A stretch of 64,000 nt of DNA, from NCBI RefSeq assembly GCF_018350175.1, contig NC_058368.1, forward strand, positions 228,906,001 through 228,970,000, written 5' to 3'. The DNA comes from Felis catus. Its lineage: Eukaryota. The notes under the pieces were generated by a model. It saw only the letters and a program-made list of their open reading frames with translations. It was not told the DNA's origin and did not search any database. This document shows positions 11,136-24,395 of this stretch, piece after piece. The first letter of the stretch is position 1, and every line of letters starts with the position of its first letter. A program made the position numbers and the translations under genes.

Positions 11136-13652
11136 ATACTCATTATGTACAAAATATGAAGATTAAGACATTTAAAAAGTATTTCCAATGTTATTTGAGA
11201 TGTACGTTTTTTGAGAAGAAGGAGAACTCTCATCTCTGGACTTCTCTGAAATGCTTTCATATTCCTCAATAAAGACAGACTCTGGATGAGTCTGATGTAG
11301 ATGAATCTCAGGACCACTGAAGAAGCTCTCATCTTTCTAGAAGGAGTATGCATTGGTCAATGCCCACCAGCTGGTGTTTCTCAGTTGAGCTTGCATCTGT
11401 AAAAAAACCTGATTTCTGCAGAATTTCTTAATTAATAGATGCCCTCTAAGAATTCTCTAGGAAAGCCATTCAAGCTAAAAGATATATGCCTATTTTCAAA
11501 TTAAAAATTAATAATTTTGGTAAATTGCAGTTTTGCACTCCATATTCATTGTCTTTGTGAGTAGCTTGTAGAAACTTGTGTTCACGTGATGTATGCTTTG
11601 TAGGCATTTGTGGACAGTGAATTCCTGGAGTGACAGGGCCTGTATTATTCATTTATGAATTCACAAAATTAACAAGCTTTCCATCCAGGGCAGGAGCTCT
11701 GTGTGTATCTATCATGAATATATGGATGGATGGATGAGCTGTGATGGCATATTGCTCTCTCAATCATCTAATACGACATTTTACACTGCTCTTTTTTTTT
11801 TCATTTGTTGAAATGGAGATCACTCAATACAGTTCAAATTATTTACACTATAAAGCAAGCCATGAGTTCCTCTACCATACTATTTAAATATGTAAATGTA
11901 TACATGATAGTGTTTTTCCAATTTATCTTTAAAGGTGTTTGGCTCTCAGTACTGAACCTCGTTATGACTGAGGACCGTGGAAATACAGTGCTCTTATATG
12001 TGGATTTTAAAGATCTTCCTGCATTTCTGGTGTTCATCCAGACTCATAGATATCCATTTATAGATGAAATAGCATAAACCTACATTCTCTTCCAGATATC
12101 TTTCATCGAGATATGTATTCAGTTGTTAGTCTCCAATAGCTATTTGTGGGGAATTGAGCAGAGAGCAGAGACATTTGTACCAAGTATCTCTGGGATGATT
12201 CGAAGTCCATACATTAACCATGCCGCCAACTGATATTAGTCAAAAGGAGTCATGATCTTCAAATTCCTCGCATAAAGTGTGGGAAGCTTTGCAGTCTAAC
12301 AAATCTCAACCGAGCTGGATAGAGTTAGGTATGGTCTGCAATTGGCCAGTTGCTAAATCTTCTGAATGTCTATCTAGAAACACTTTCCTGTTCTCCCTAT
12401 ATAATCATTCATGGTAACACTCCAAGAACTGCCAAGAACAGAAATTCCTTGTGGAAATCGGGACATACAATTTTTTATTTTAATATAATAAGCTTCAGGT
12501 AGCATGATCACTTTTTTTAACAAAAGATAAATAAAATATACATCCAAATTGATTTGCGTTTAAGTAGGAAAAAACTTCATGACAATGCATGTAGTACTCT
12601 CTGCCTTGTCTTCGTCTTTTGAAATTGAGTATGTATCAGTAAGATGCACTACGCACAAATACACACATACATTCACACACCCCATGTGTAATGCTGTTAA
12701 CGTTGGGGTATTTACTAATGTGTAGAATGGACAGATTATGTAGGTACAGAGTCCTCTTTCTGAGAATGGAATTTTAATAATGTATAATCCTGTTTAGAAG
12801 TGTTTCAAGTTGTGCTAGCAGGTGCTTCATATACAGAGTTTCCAAATAAATAGTTCTTTACTGAATAAAGAAATACATGAAGAAACCAGTGTCATCCTTT
12901 TCTCTAAAAATTATTATTCCTTCACCTAGGGAGGTGAGGATATTAAATCACTATTTGAAAGCAAAAGTTTATTACAATTTTGTCCTAAAATCTTCGTGTT
13001 TGTAGCCTTTCTCAACAGTACAATGCCCAAATACAGAGAACAATTTATTCGATTTTCTGGCTTCTTATAGATGTAACTTATGTATGCATTGCTTACAGAA
13101 ACTATATTATCTATTAAATTTAAACTTAAATTGACTCTCCAAAATAAGTGTAACATAATTTTCTTATAAAAATTTTATGTATTTTTTTATTATGCAGGAA
13201 TTGTCTTTGAAAAACACAAGAAAGGGCTATTTTCAGTTTGGACACAAATAACCTTTAAAAATATAATCGTAGTTTCAAATCCGTTGTGGCTTTTTTTCCT
13301 TTTACATTCATTATTGATACATGTTTTGCTCCAGATCTTTGTAGCCTGAAGTAATTTGTACAGATTTAACATGGTTGGATATAAAGGAAAACTGATGGCT
13401 AGAAAGTCTCTATATCCTCTATAACAGTGTGATATAGTCATGAAAACTGATAACGATTTCACACTCAATCTATATGTCTTTGATTAAAATATAGATCTCT
13501 TTTATGAATGCTGATTTACAAATTGGTGTTTATTTTTAAAATTGCTCTGAGCTGTGTATTTTGTTAAATTTCTTCTACTCTTAATACTTTTGGGACTTAA
13601 CAGAAATTCGAGCACCTACCTTATGTGTAATTTGAAGATAAATGGCCTGTTA

Positions 13653-13751
13653 CTCCCTCTCTCTCTGCTCCTCCCCTGCTCATGCCTTATCTCTCTCTCC
13701 TTCAAAAATAAATAAAAACATTTTAAAAAAAGGAAAAAAAAAAAGAAAAAA
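13653..13751 (+). mobile_element. 5'-truncated CAN-SINE (3' part and A-tail only)
   Basis: ctccctctctctctgctcctcccctgctcatg...ttcaaaaataaataaa. Confidence 0.9.
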
Positions 13752-13968
13752 GGGGCACCTGGGTGGCTCAGTCAGTTAAGCGTCCGACTTCAGCTCAGGT
13801 CATGATCTCATCGTTGGTGAGTTTGAGCCCTGCATCAGGCTCTGTGCTGAAAGCTTAGAGCCTGGAGCCTGCTTCAAATTCTGTGTGTCTCTCTCTCTGT
13901 CTCTGCTCATCCCCTGCTCATGCTCTGTCTCTCTCTCTCCTTCAAAAATAAAGACATTAAAAAAATTT
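13752..13968 (+). mobile_element. CAN-SINE (SINEC_Fc-like), full length
   Basis: ggggcacctgggtggctcagtcagttaagcgtccgacttc; shares TSD taaatggcctgtta with the preceding fragment. Confidence 0.95.
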
Positions 13969-14404
13969 TAAATGGCCTGTTAATTTTTCTGATAGTCCAT
14001 GTTACCATGAACACTTAACCACTGAAGCATCCTATGTGTTGGTAATGTTCTAAGACACCGACCTGTCATTAAAACGATACTATTTTATTTATTTTTAAAA
14101 TATTTTTCTTAATTGTGCTTGTACCAATTCTGAAAATAATGGATGTGTGTGGACTCTTGTACTTATTAATTTGGTGAATACTACGTTTGTAAAATTATCC
14201 CTTTATACTTCTGTCCTGTTTCTTTCTAATTATAGGCTTTTCATGCTATCGATGACATAGCTATTTTTTTATTATTTTCTATAGAGGTGATTAAAGTATG
14301 AATATAGTTTACTAGAATTGAATTTTACCTGACAACTGGAAAATGAGTAATGAAGAAATTCAGATTGGGCTAGGTCAGGCAACTTGGACGGATGACTACT
14401 ACAG

Positions 14405-14600
14405 GGGTGTTGGAGTTAGGATGCTAATGTTTGAAACCTGCTACTCCTCCCTCCCACCATCTGTGTGACCTTGAACAAGTTACTTAACCTCTCTGGGCCA
14501 CCTGTATAATGGAGTTAATAACAACTAGCTGACACACTAGATAAAGTTAAATAATTTTAAATAGGTAATTTCATTAGCACTGAACCCATAATAGAGTTTC
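14405..14600 (+). mobile_element. MIR SINE
   Basis: Core ctgtgtgaccttgaacaagttacttaacctctctg. Confidence 0.8.
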
Positions 14601-15559
14601 ACAAGATTGAGAACCATTTTACATGAATTCAGTAGTTAAATGTTCATTCAATACTTAGAGCAGTGGACCATCACAATCTACCCCTGCTTTATGTGTTTAA
14701 AAGTTTTTCCCATGGATATTACCATAAGTACGAAGACGAAAAAGACTTTTGATGGTGGGAATACATTGTGTGACTAAAATGGTAAAAGAGGTAAATATTT
14801 ATTGACTATTTTTCTTGAATCAGGTGTTAGCCGTAATGTTGCACTTTAAACAATGAGCAAAGTCAAGTCACTGACAAGGACAGTGTAATCTAATTAGGAA
14901 AGAATGAACTAGAAATTGTGGTTTTCTCCTGAGAAGATGCACTGGGGAAGACGAAGGTATTAGAACCTTCTGAAAGTACTGAACAGCGTGGAGGTAGAGG
15001 AAACCAAAGAGAAATGCATGGGGTCAAACCAGTGTTTGTACGAGAGGAGTAAGCACTACCTTTGTCTCCTGTAGGTCAGCAGTGAGGCATGAAATTAGGA
15101 GGATCTGGGGTAGAGAATGAAGCGGCTTAAAAGAATCTTCTGGAATTTTAGCTCTGTTTTTGTGGCATAAAGAATAAGCATTTTTCAGGAAATGAAATAG
15201 TCACTGACTTTTTAAGTGTATTCATGATAATTAGGTTTGATGATGAAACCACTGCAAAAGACAAGGCTGTTTAAAGGTAAATACTTTACCTTAGAGGTAT
15301 TGACAATAGACATGCAGTTTGAGGGAAATGTGTGCTGGTTACATATGCCGGTCAAAACAAAAGGTTGATTAAAATAGAATATCAACCACAGTGTACTCGT
15401 TGACCGAAACCATGAAAATGATGAGGAGATATATTTTATGTTATTTTTATTGTGGCATTTTTACTCTAAGTAATAGGAACATATTCACTAAATATTATAT
15501 GTAATAAAATATTCTGATTCCCAGATAGGTGAGCTTGAAAATTTAAATCATATTTTATC

Positions 15560-15655
15560 ACTAGCTTATTCATCTTTATGCTCCAGAATCTAGGGCAATG
15601 CTTGCATTTAGTGAGTACTTCATAAATACCTAGTAGAATGAATTAATGAGTGACT
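15560..15655 (+). mobile_element. L2 3' end
   Basis: tcatctttatgctccagaatctagggcaatgcttgcatttagtgagtacttcataaata...gaatgaattaatgagtga. Confidence 0.6.
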
Positions 15656-16269
15656 AGCTGAATTAGCAAACATCACTGTTGGAAGGACATCAGAAGGGTA
15701 CAGACGCAGGAGATATCATATAGGTCGTACTTGTATCTGATATTTGTGGCCGTCAGCGGAAGAGTGATAACTTTGTGTTGTTTACCACAGTGAGAAGCTA
15801 AAGAAGATGAACTTAAAAACATGTTCTCTTTTTCTTATGGTAATTCAGAGATAACTGGACCTTGTGTGAAATACCCAGCGAACCACTGAAAATTCTGGGC
15901 CAAGCTCAGATCGTGGGGAATCCACAGACTGGGGAATTGCCCATGTGACCAATGAACAAGAGAAGTGGTAGTCTGAGGTGAATGTATGGTGAAAGTAGAA
16001 AGAGACTGATATACAGGAGATACAGACTAAAGATAGATTTATAATTGGGGACTTAATTTGACAGGAATGAGCCCTGATACAGAGTCTTGAAAAAAAAGAT
16101 CACACTTGAGAGGATACTTCAAGGTCAGAGGTTGTAGTTATGAATGTCAAATGCTACAAGGAGCCAAGGATGACCAGGGGTTGATGGTATCAACTTATAC
16201 TCTCCTTCATTCAAAGGTTTGTTGAATGGGGAGAAAGAAGTGGAAACATTTGGTGTTCTACTACTTTGG

Positions 16270-16498
16270 TTTTTGTTTGTTTGTTTTTTGTTTTTTTTAA
16301 CAATTATTTATTTTTGAGACAGAGAGAGAGAGCATGAACAGGGGAGGGTCAGAGAAAGAGGGAGACACAGAATCTGAAACAGGCTCCAGGCTCCGAGCCA
16401 TCAGCACAGAGCCCGATGCGGGGCTCGAACCCACGGACCGTGAGATCATGACCTGAGCCGAAGTCGGACGCTTAACCAACTGACCACCCAGGCGCCCC
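16270..16498 (-). mobile_element. CAN-SINE (SINEC_Fc-like, young)
   Basis: Many CpGs retained; TSD ggtgttctact on both sides. Confidence 0.97.
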
Positions 16499-17429
16499 GG
16501 TGTTCTACTTTGAAACGATAATAGACAATAAAAGGGAAATGAAACGAGAGGTTATCCTTGAAAATATATTTTTAAATCTTGTATACTGACTCAGAGGGGC
16601 CAAAATCTTCCAAAGGGAGTCCTTGGGTTTCCAGAGGAGAAAGAAGGGATAAGTGATGCAACAGGGTCCAGAGGAAATGGATGGGAAAAAATTTTATTTT
16701 ATCCAAAACAGGTTTCTCCAATATGTGTGAAATGAATTCAACGGAAGCAAAAGATAAATTGCCCTCCTTGTCTATGAGAGCTTAAAAATCGAGCTTTTCT
16801 GCCATAAATTCGGTTTACTGGGCAGACAGAGATATGTGCCCCATTGTTCAAACTCTAACATAAAACCGTGTATTCAGAACATGTCAAGGAGAAAACCAAT
16901 TATGCTGTATTGCAAGCAAATGAGCTGTGAAGCTGGTCCAGAAATAAAAAGGAAAAAAAAAAAATCAGGTGAAGTGACAGAAAATATGAACGTATGGAAG
17001 ATAAGAATATAGGGGGAAGTGGGAACTCATAGATTCTGGCTGCCTATTTACAAGCCTAAAATTTAGATTGGCCCAAGGGTACTTTAATTTTTGAGATAAT
17101 TGCATTTTACTTCATTATTAGGAACAATTTCATTTTACTTCTAAGTTCTGGAAGCCTAAGGGTAGAGGATTAGATTTGAACATTTGCCTGCCTCTCTTTT
17201 CTCCCTCTCATTTTTCCTTTAAGACCATGGAATCACTGGGTCCACTTTATATTTGTTACCTTCTTTTCTCTTTTTTAAAAATTGTTTAAAGTGCTACATG
17301 AGGCTATTAGGTAATTCAGGTAACCTAGGATGTTACTAATCAAGACCCACACTCCGAACACCACGCAGTGAATAGAGGAAGAATTTTGGTCCACTTTGCT
17401 GTGAGAGAGGTAAAGAGAAAGGCTCTTCC

Positions 17430-18102
17430 ATTTTTAATATTTAAGAAATCTCCCTGTTTTCTATAGCTGCTGTAACAATTTACGTTCCCACCAACAGTGC
17501 GTGGGGGTTTCATTTCCTCCACATCCTCCCCAGCCCTTGTTATCTCTTGCGGTTTTGATGACAACTGTTGTAATGGATGCGGGATGAAAACTTACTGGGG
17601 TTTGGGGTTGCCTTTCCCTGATAATTAGTGGCGTTGTGCACTTTTCCATATAGCGGTTGGCCATCTGGGTGTCTTTTTTGGAAAATGTCTATCCAGTTCC
17701 CCTCCCCATTTTCTAATGAGACCATTTCCTTTTGTTTGTTTGTTTGCTATTGAACTGTATGAGTTCTTTATATAGTTTGGATATGAAGCCCTTATCAAAT
17801 ACATGGTCTGTAAAAATATCCTCCCATTCTATCGGTTGTCTTTTCATTTGGTTGATTGTTATGCCGTGCGGAAGCTTGTGAGTCTAATGTAGCCCCAGGA
17901 ATTTGTATTTGCTTTTGTCATTTGTGATTTTGGTGTCACGTCCCGTAAACTGCTGCCGGGCCAATGTCAAGAAGCTTTTTCCCTTTTGTTCTCTTCTAGC
18001 GCTTGTAGAGTTTCAGGTCTTCTGTGTAACCCTTTTATCCATTTTGAGCTCGTCTTTGTGAGTGGCAGAAAATAGGGGTCCAGTATCGTTCTTCTTCATG
18101 TA
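17430..18102 (-). mobile_element. L1 ORF2 3' region fragment (frameshifted)
   Basis: ttcccaccaacagtg, ttggccatctgggtgtctttt, cccttatcaaatacatgg; ORF-track peptides (MANRYMEKC..., CWWERKL) resemble the L1 ORF2 C-terminus. Confidence 0.9.
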
Positions 18103-18124
18103 ACAGCCACATGAGTTTGATGAA

Positions 18125-19818
18125 AAGTCTTTTCCGCAGTCAAACCTCAGTGAAGACTCCTGTTCTTGCCAACATCTTGTCTGGATTTTTGTGAGACCTC
18201 CCGAAGCTGGGCATTCTAGCTAAGGCCCTTCTTAGGTTTCTGACCCTCACACACTCTGTGATGAAAAATGTGTCTTATTTTATGCATCTAAGCTTGCGGC
18301 AGCTTGATAGGTAACAGTCAACACAGATTTTGGTAAACTGGAAATGAGGTCCTGCTCTAACGAAGAACTAAAAATGTGGGAGTGGGTTTGGAATTGGCCA
18401 GTGGACAGAGGCTGGGGAGGTTTTGAAAAGCATGCTAAATTTCCTGGAACAGATAGTTATACATCAGAACTTTGAGAACACTTCCAGCAATGGCTCAAGA
18501 GGAAGGGAGAAGCATTTTGTTAGAAAATGAAGTCAGGGAGGTCCTTGACATGTACCAGCAGTGAAATTGTCTTCAGCAGCCTTCTGGAAAGTACAATATA
18601 CAAGTGATGAGCCTAGTTACTTGGCAAGAAAGATCTCCAAGCAAAGTGCTGGGGATGCCACCTGGTTTCTTCTTTTTGCTTACAGTAAAATGTGAGAGTA
18701 GAAAAATAATTCGAGGAAAGAGCTGTTAAAAAGAGGTTGATAATTTGGAAAATTCTGGGCTTTTCCAGATGAAAATTAGAATTTTTTTTTTTTTAAGAAT
18801 GGTCACAAAAGTATGATCTTCAGGGAAACAAATCAACTAAGGGTGTGACTGTACAACCTTCCCCTGAAGCCTCAAAAGATCAGTTGAGTTTACAAAACTG
18901 GCCCTTTGAAGAGATTGAGGTTTTGTCTCAGATTCTGTCAGTCTAACAGTAGAAACCAGGATGTTTAATCACTTGGTCTGCATTCCCTCAGCATCTAGTC
19001 CTAGATGGAGGAGAGATTATCTAGAAAAGATACGTGGGCATAGCTTTTGTCTAATGGAATGAACTTCTATGAAATCCGCAGACAGTCCACAGATTTTGAG
19101 AAAATTGTTTTACTAAAAACACTGCCAACTTAGGTGAAAATGAGCAGGGAGAGTGGGAAATGAAAAAAGGGTTTCATACTTTTTGAAATTCTGCAGGCGG
19201 GAAGCAAGGTGGTAAAGCTACCTGCACACCAATACATACTACTCTGATGGTAGAGGAAGGATGGATGGAATGAAGGACACAGAGGACAGAGGGAGAGCCT
19301 CGGATAATTATGACCAGGCCTTGAAACATATCAAGGGATGTTTAGCATTTCCCTGGCACCGTTTTAAAACCACTGTGGAGGAGGGAATCATTTGCACCTT
19401 CATTGTTCCCCTTTCAGAATGGAAATGTCTACATCTGTTATCCTTTTGGTTCTACCGCTGTATGTTGGTGGGTGGGTGGGGGGTGGGGGGACAGACAACT
19501 TGTCTCTCAAGTTTTATGGATTCTCATCTTCACCTGGATCTGATTTAGATGATGAGTGTCTGTACTCAGAACTGATAGCTTCATGGGATGGAACTCTTGG
19601 GTATCTTAGAAGCAGGTGAATGCATCTTTTCCTGTGGGAAGGACACAGATCACTGGGGACTAGACGATGGACTGTGACAGGGTCACTCTTCCATGGCCCA
19701 AACTAGTCCCGCCTCTGGGTATTCACACCCCAATGTCATCCTGTCCCTTTAGGTGGGGGCAGAGCCTGTGAAGTGTTCCTAATAGAAAACAACTGAAGTG
19801 ATGAGAAGTCACTTCCTA
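18125..19818 (+). mobile_element. MaLR element: partial MLT1 LTR + MLT1-int + partial MLT1 LTR
   Basis: LTR 3' end ...taagcttgcggc...acaca (~18325), then gattttggta and aaaaatgtgggagtgggtttggaattgg (MaLR-int start), then an LTR 5' end at ~19673 (tgtgacaggg...atggcccca...gtattcacaccc...gtcacttcc). Confidence 0.75.
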
Positions 19819-19821
19819 AGG

Positions 19822-19970
19822 AATTCAACCTCTCCATGCCTCACTCTCCTCATTTGCTGGTTGTTTATGATTAAATAAACACCAATACAGGAACTTTATA
19901 AGTAAAATTTCTAGGCATTCCAAGGACGATGTTTTCATATACATGATAAGTACTCAATAAAAATTAGCTG
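19822..19970 (+). mobile_element. MIR SINE 3' part, interrupted at its end by L1
   Basis: aacctctccatgcctcactctcctcatttg and gataagtactcaataaaaattagctg. Confidence 0.6.
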
Positions 19971-20683
19971 GCTGTACCCCTTAACAGCATCTGTTCTGTC
20001 CCCTACTCCCCACATCCCCTGGTACCCACCAGTTTACTTTCTGTTTTTATGAGTTTGGCTTTAAAAATCTAAAAGATTCCACATGTAAGTGAGATCATAC
20101 AGCACTTAGCTTTCTCTTTCTAACTTATCTCACTTAGCATAATATGCTCGAGGTCTATCCAAGCTGTCACAAGTGTCAAGATGTCCTTCTTTTCATATGT
20201 CACCTCTTATTTATTTATCTATTCATTGTTGATAGGGACTTGGGTTGTTTTCATGTCTTGGCTAGTGTGAATAATACTGTAGTAAGCCTGGGAGTACAGT
20301 TATCTTTGATAACCTATTTTCATTTCCTTTGGCTATATACCCAGAAGTGGAATTGATAATCATGTGGTAGATTTACCTTTAATTTTTGAAGAATCTCCAT
20401 ATTGTTTTCCATAGTGGTTGAACCAGTTTGCATTCCCATTAAAGGCCTAGCGTTCTAATGCCTTGTATAGTAAATATATAATGAAAACTTTATTATAATC
20501 ATAAAAAGTTGCTAAGGGACTCAAACTTAATGATTCCAACCACTAAAAAGAGAAGATAATTATGTGGCGTAATAGAGGAACTAATTATTGCTACGATCGC
20601 AATTATAATATATGAATGTGTCAAATTAATGTGTTTTGCACCTTAAATTCATACATTGTTGCCTGTCAAGTATTTTTCGATAA
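19971..20683 (+). mobile_element. 5'-inverted L1 3' end (minus piece ~19971-20441, plus piece ~20442-20683)
   Basis: Minus: gattccacatgtaagtgagatcatac, tcacttagcataat. Plus: gttgctaaggga...caccttaaattcatacattgtt...gataaaaaa. TSD-like aaaaattagctg / aaaagttagctg. Confidence 0.85.
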
Positions 20684-21189
20684 AAAAGTTAGCTGATATT
20701 ATTCTTAAGGTTGATGCTATTGTTAATATTATTATATTTAAATAGCTTGTGTCATATTAGATTATAAATATAGGTGGAAATTGTAATTAACCAGGCACGT
20801 GAAAAGTGTCAAGAGAGAAGCGTAGTTAAATTTAGTAGAAGAATTTTGGCAGCAATTGGTGGTATTAGGAATAGATTCCAAGAAAAGTTACCATTTGTGC
20901 CAGATCCGATGCGATGAACTTCATTTAGAAACGTGTTAACATAAGGAGTGGGCGTTTCATTAAAAGGATGAAGAGAACAGTGGTCCACTTTTCATTGTAC
21001 AAGAAAGTATATGTGCGGAAATAGCACAGATATTGTACTGGAAAGGTGATTTTAGAGAAGACTGAGAAATCTTGAAATAGCAGATTAAGGGTATGGATGC
21101 TATTTTGTATAAAAAATGGGGGCATGCAATTCCTTAATTCCCACAGGACACTCAAAGCAATTTCCAAATGATTACTTATAGTAATTTTA

Positions 21190-21409
21190 TCTTTAGTTTT
21201 AAAATTTATTTATTTTTGAGACACTGAGAGAAAGAGACCGAGCACGAATGGGGGAGGGGCAGAGAGAGAGGGAGACACAGAATCCAAAGCAGGCTCCAGG
21301 CTCCGAGCTGTCAGCACAGAGCTCCTCGTGGGGCTTGAACTCAAGAATGGTGAGAGCATGACCTGAGCTGACGTCGGATGCTGAACTGACTGAGCCACCC
21401 AGATGCCCC
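21190..21409 (-). mobile_element. CAN-SINE
   Basis: TSD tacttatagtaatttta / tacttatcgtgatttta. Confidence 0.95.
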
Positions 21410-24357
21410 TACTTATCGTGATTTTAAAGGAGGATCAGGTGTCTGTGTCTTTGCACACCCCTTTTCTAGTGGTATGCTTTCTTCTCACTATATTCCAAAA
21501 ATATGAAATTGTTTGACTCTGAGTCTATTATAATATTAGTTAAGTTAATGTTAAATAAAATCAACATGCCCTATTATGAATATGTCTATAAAGGATGACC
21601 ATGATATTTGGACCACTTAACCTGTTAAGCTTCATGAACTTAACCTGTCCGTTTGTAATAGTGTCTAGCACAGTAAAAGAAAAAAACATTCTACCTGTAT
21701 TATTTGGGGAAATTAAAAAAAAATCTACCTGAAATAATTGTGGAAGTAAAGGAAGTATCAGGGAATTAAGGATGATACATATGTGCAGAGAACAACTAGA
21801 CAACATAAAACTCCCTAATAGCCACGTGTTTATCCATGTACCCAAGAGACAGTGTTTACTAACATTGTCAGAGGAAGATGGTCAGTTAGAGCTAGCCTTG
21901 AGCACACTGGATCGGGGCTCAATTTAGTGGCGCACATACAATTTAAAATGACACTTGAAGGCACTACTTAAGTTAATACAACAATTCAACAAGTAGAATG
22001 AAATGGAATTAAATGGCATGTATCAGTGCACAAAAATATATTAGGTGTGTGATATAATTATTCAGAGCAGGTATAGCTCCTTGTCAAAGGAAGACCATTG
22101 GTGGAAATTATCCAATTATCTTCTCTGCAATTTAGAAGATGAAACTAAGCTTAACATTTGGCTCTATCAATTCTCTAATCGATGGATTTTACCTGGTCAT
22201 TTTTCTCACAGTAACTAAAATACGTTTATGGAAGTTAGGCACCTTGAGGGCATTGTTAGAGACAGTGATTCCTTAAATGTTATGAGGGATTATGTTCCAT
22301 CGGAACTAATCTTATCTGGTCTCCCAATACCTTCATTTTGTGTTAGCCACTCATCACCATTATATAAAACCTGAGACTGAGGTTTGATTTTTTGCCAATA
22401 TGACCTGCAGACAGTATTGACTTATAATCACTGCGTACTTTCAGTTTCAACTTCATGAACTTAACTTTATTTTGGCTTTTGCCTTGAGTTGCCCTTGATC
22501 AATTTCTCTCTGTTCCACTTGGCTGAACTCTTTTGATTGTTGATTATTTCACCTGAAACAACTGTTGTTTTTCCTCCTCAAATTTTCCTAATTTCTTGTT
22601 TGCTGTACGAATAGAGACATATGAGTGTAGTATTTTCACATCACAAGTTAGAGTGAGTCAAACTATTGGTGAATGCTTGTCTCTTGGCCTACTGGGACTG
22701 TCTCATTATTCCTTCCAGTTGTGCAATGACAAATTGAAAGATGCTGGTGTTTGTTACTTACCCTAATGCTGCTTAGAAGGGCTTTGAATATTTATATTTG
22801 CCCTCCAAAATAACATTAAGCACCTTGCAGTATAAATAAAGAAGATAAACAGATTCCAGAATAATGCATCAGAAGGAAATATTGGTTAATTGGTATTGGC
22901 AACCTATGTGTTGATATTGATAACCAAGTAGCTGATTTGTAATAATCACAAATAATCGCAATCAGAGGTATTGAAAATGTTCGAAACATTTACTGTACTA
23001 AATTGTTTCAAATAAATAACCACCTTTTATTTTTTCACTCAGAAAATTATCTGTTGATAATCTGAATGAATTGGATGAGTATTACATATTCCTTGATTTA
23101 AACTATAACTAGTGAGATTCAGAAATAATGTCAAATAAGTAGCTGGATTATTAAAGCAACAAAAACTCTAATCACGAATTATTTCATTAAAAAAGTGTGT
23201 GTGTGCATGTGTGTGTTTGGAAGACACTCCAGACAGCACCTCAAATACCTTTTGAATATTGGGATATATCATTGCTAAGGCATAATATTCCATGGTATCC
23301 ATAAGCCTTTAAGAAATTGTTAAACTTGAATACTGTAACACATACCCTCTAGGAAGCCCTCCCTGTGTTGGCAGAATGTTGCATAGAGAAGTTCTCCCCA
23401 ACTACACACGTTTTGATCACTCCTCAAGGTTTGCTGCAGAAACTTTGAGCAGAGAGAAGGACTCTGTATAGTCAATGAGCATTCAAAAATTCATGCATCA
23501 CCCTGTGACACTGCAGGGTCCACTGTGTGGGGACCTCACTTCCAAACTACCCCGTCGAACAGCTCTAATACCAGCTGCATTGCCCCTTTGAGATGATTTT
23601 GAAATACGGTTGTATTTCATAGTACAGCCTTATAAATTAGGCCAGATAGGTTTCCTGGAAATTCCCTTTCAAATAATTAAATTGAAATGTCAAATACTTA
23701 ATGAAGAAAAAGTAAATGAAGTTGTATTAATATTCTTCTTTTTCACTCCATATGTGTATTCTATGAAGTGCTACTTACCTGTGACCTTAGCTACGTCTCA
23801 ATTCTGAAGAATCTGAAACTCGTAGATGAGGCAGGGTTCTATATATTACATCAGCGCCTAGTAGAATAAATTAACACAGTTTATGCAATAAATAAGGCAT
23901 GTCTCATAAAAAAGGCACTAAAAATAGTATTGAGTTAAGTTGTACAAGCTTCAGAATTTAAATTTCTGTATTCTATTCTTATGCTGCTAAGATTTTAAAC
24001 ACACATTGTATGAAATAAGGAAGAAAATAAGAATGTGTTCACTTCTAGGTGTTTAAATGCTATTCATCTATGTTTATATTTAGTCCTCTTAATTTTTAAA
24101 AAGGAAAGATAATTTATAAATATATACATCTGATTAAAAATATAAGAAAACTTTATTTGTTTAACGTAATTACTTTTATTTTATATGTGTATGTATGTAT
24201 GTAAGTATAGATTTTGTGTATTACAAGATTCTAATAACAAGATAGGATGCAGCTGACACAGCTGATAATTGTTTAATGTTTTTAATATGACTAATAATTT
24301 ATAACTTTTGTGTTATAAAAGTTTTTCTGTACATAAAACTGTAAACACTTAATTTCT

Positions 24358-24395
24358 TGTTTTAATATGAAATTTTATTGTCAAATTGGTTTCCT
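24358..24395 (-). mobile_element. Ultra-short felid L1 3' tip
   Basis: atgaaattttattgtcaaattggtttcc is the reverse complement of the L1 end seen at 45835-45868; TSD-like ttaatttct on both sides. Confidence 0.75.

Noticed and set aside
11200..11410. Minus-strand acceptor tttttttacag followed by exon-like sequence
   Set aside because: All three frames hit a stop within about 70 nt, and no recognisable protein or good donor follows
21630..22465. 15-bp direct repeat cttcatgaacttaac, 821 bp apart
   Set aside because: No poly(A), TIR or LTR between the copies to suggest a TSD; plausible by chance in AT-rich DNA
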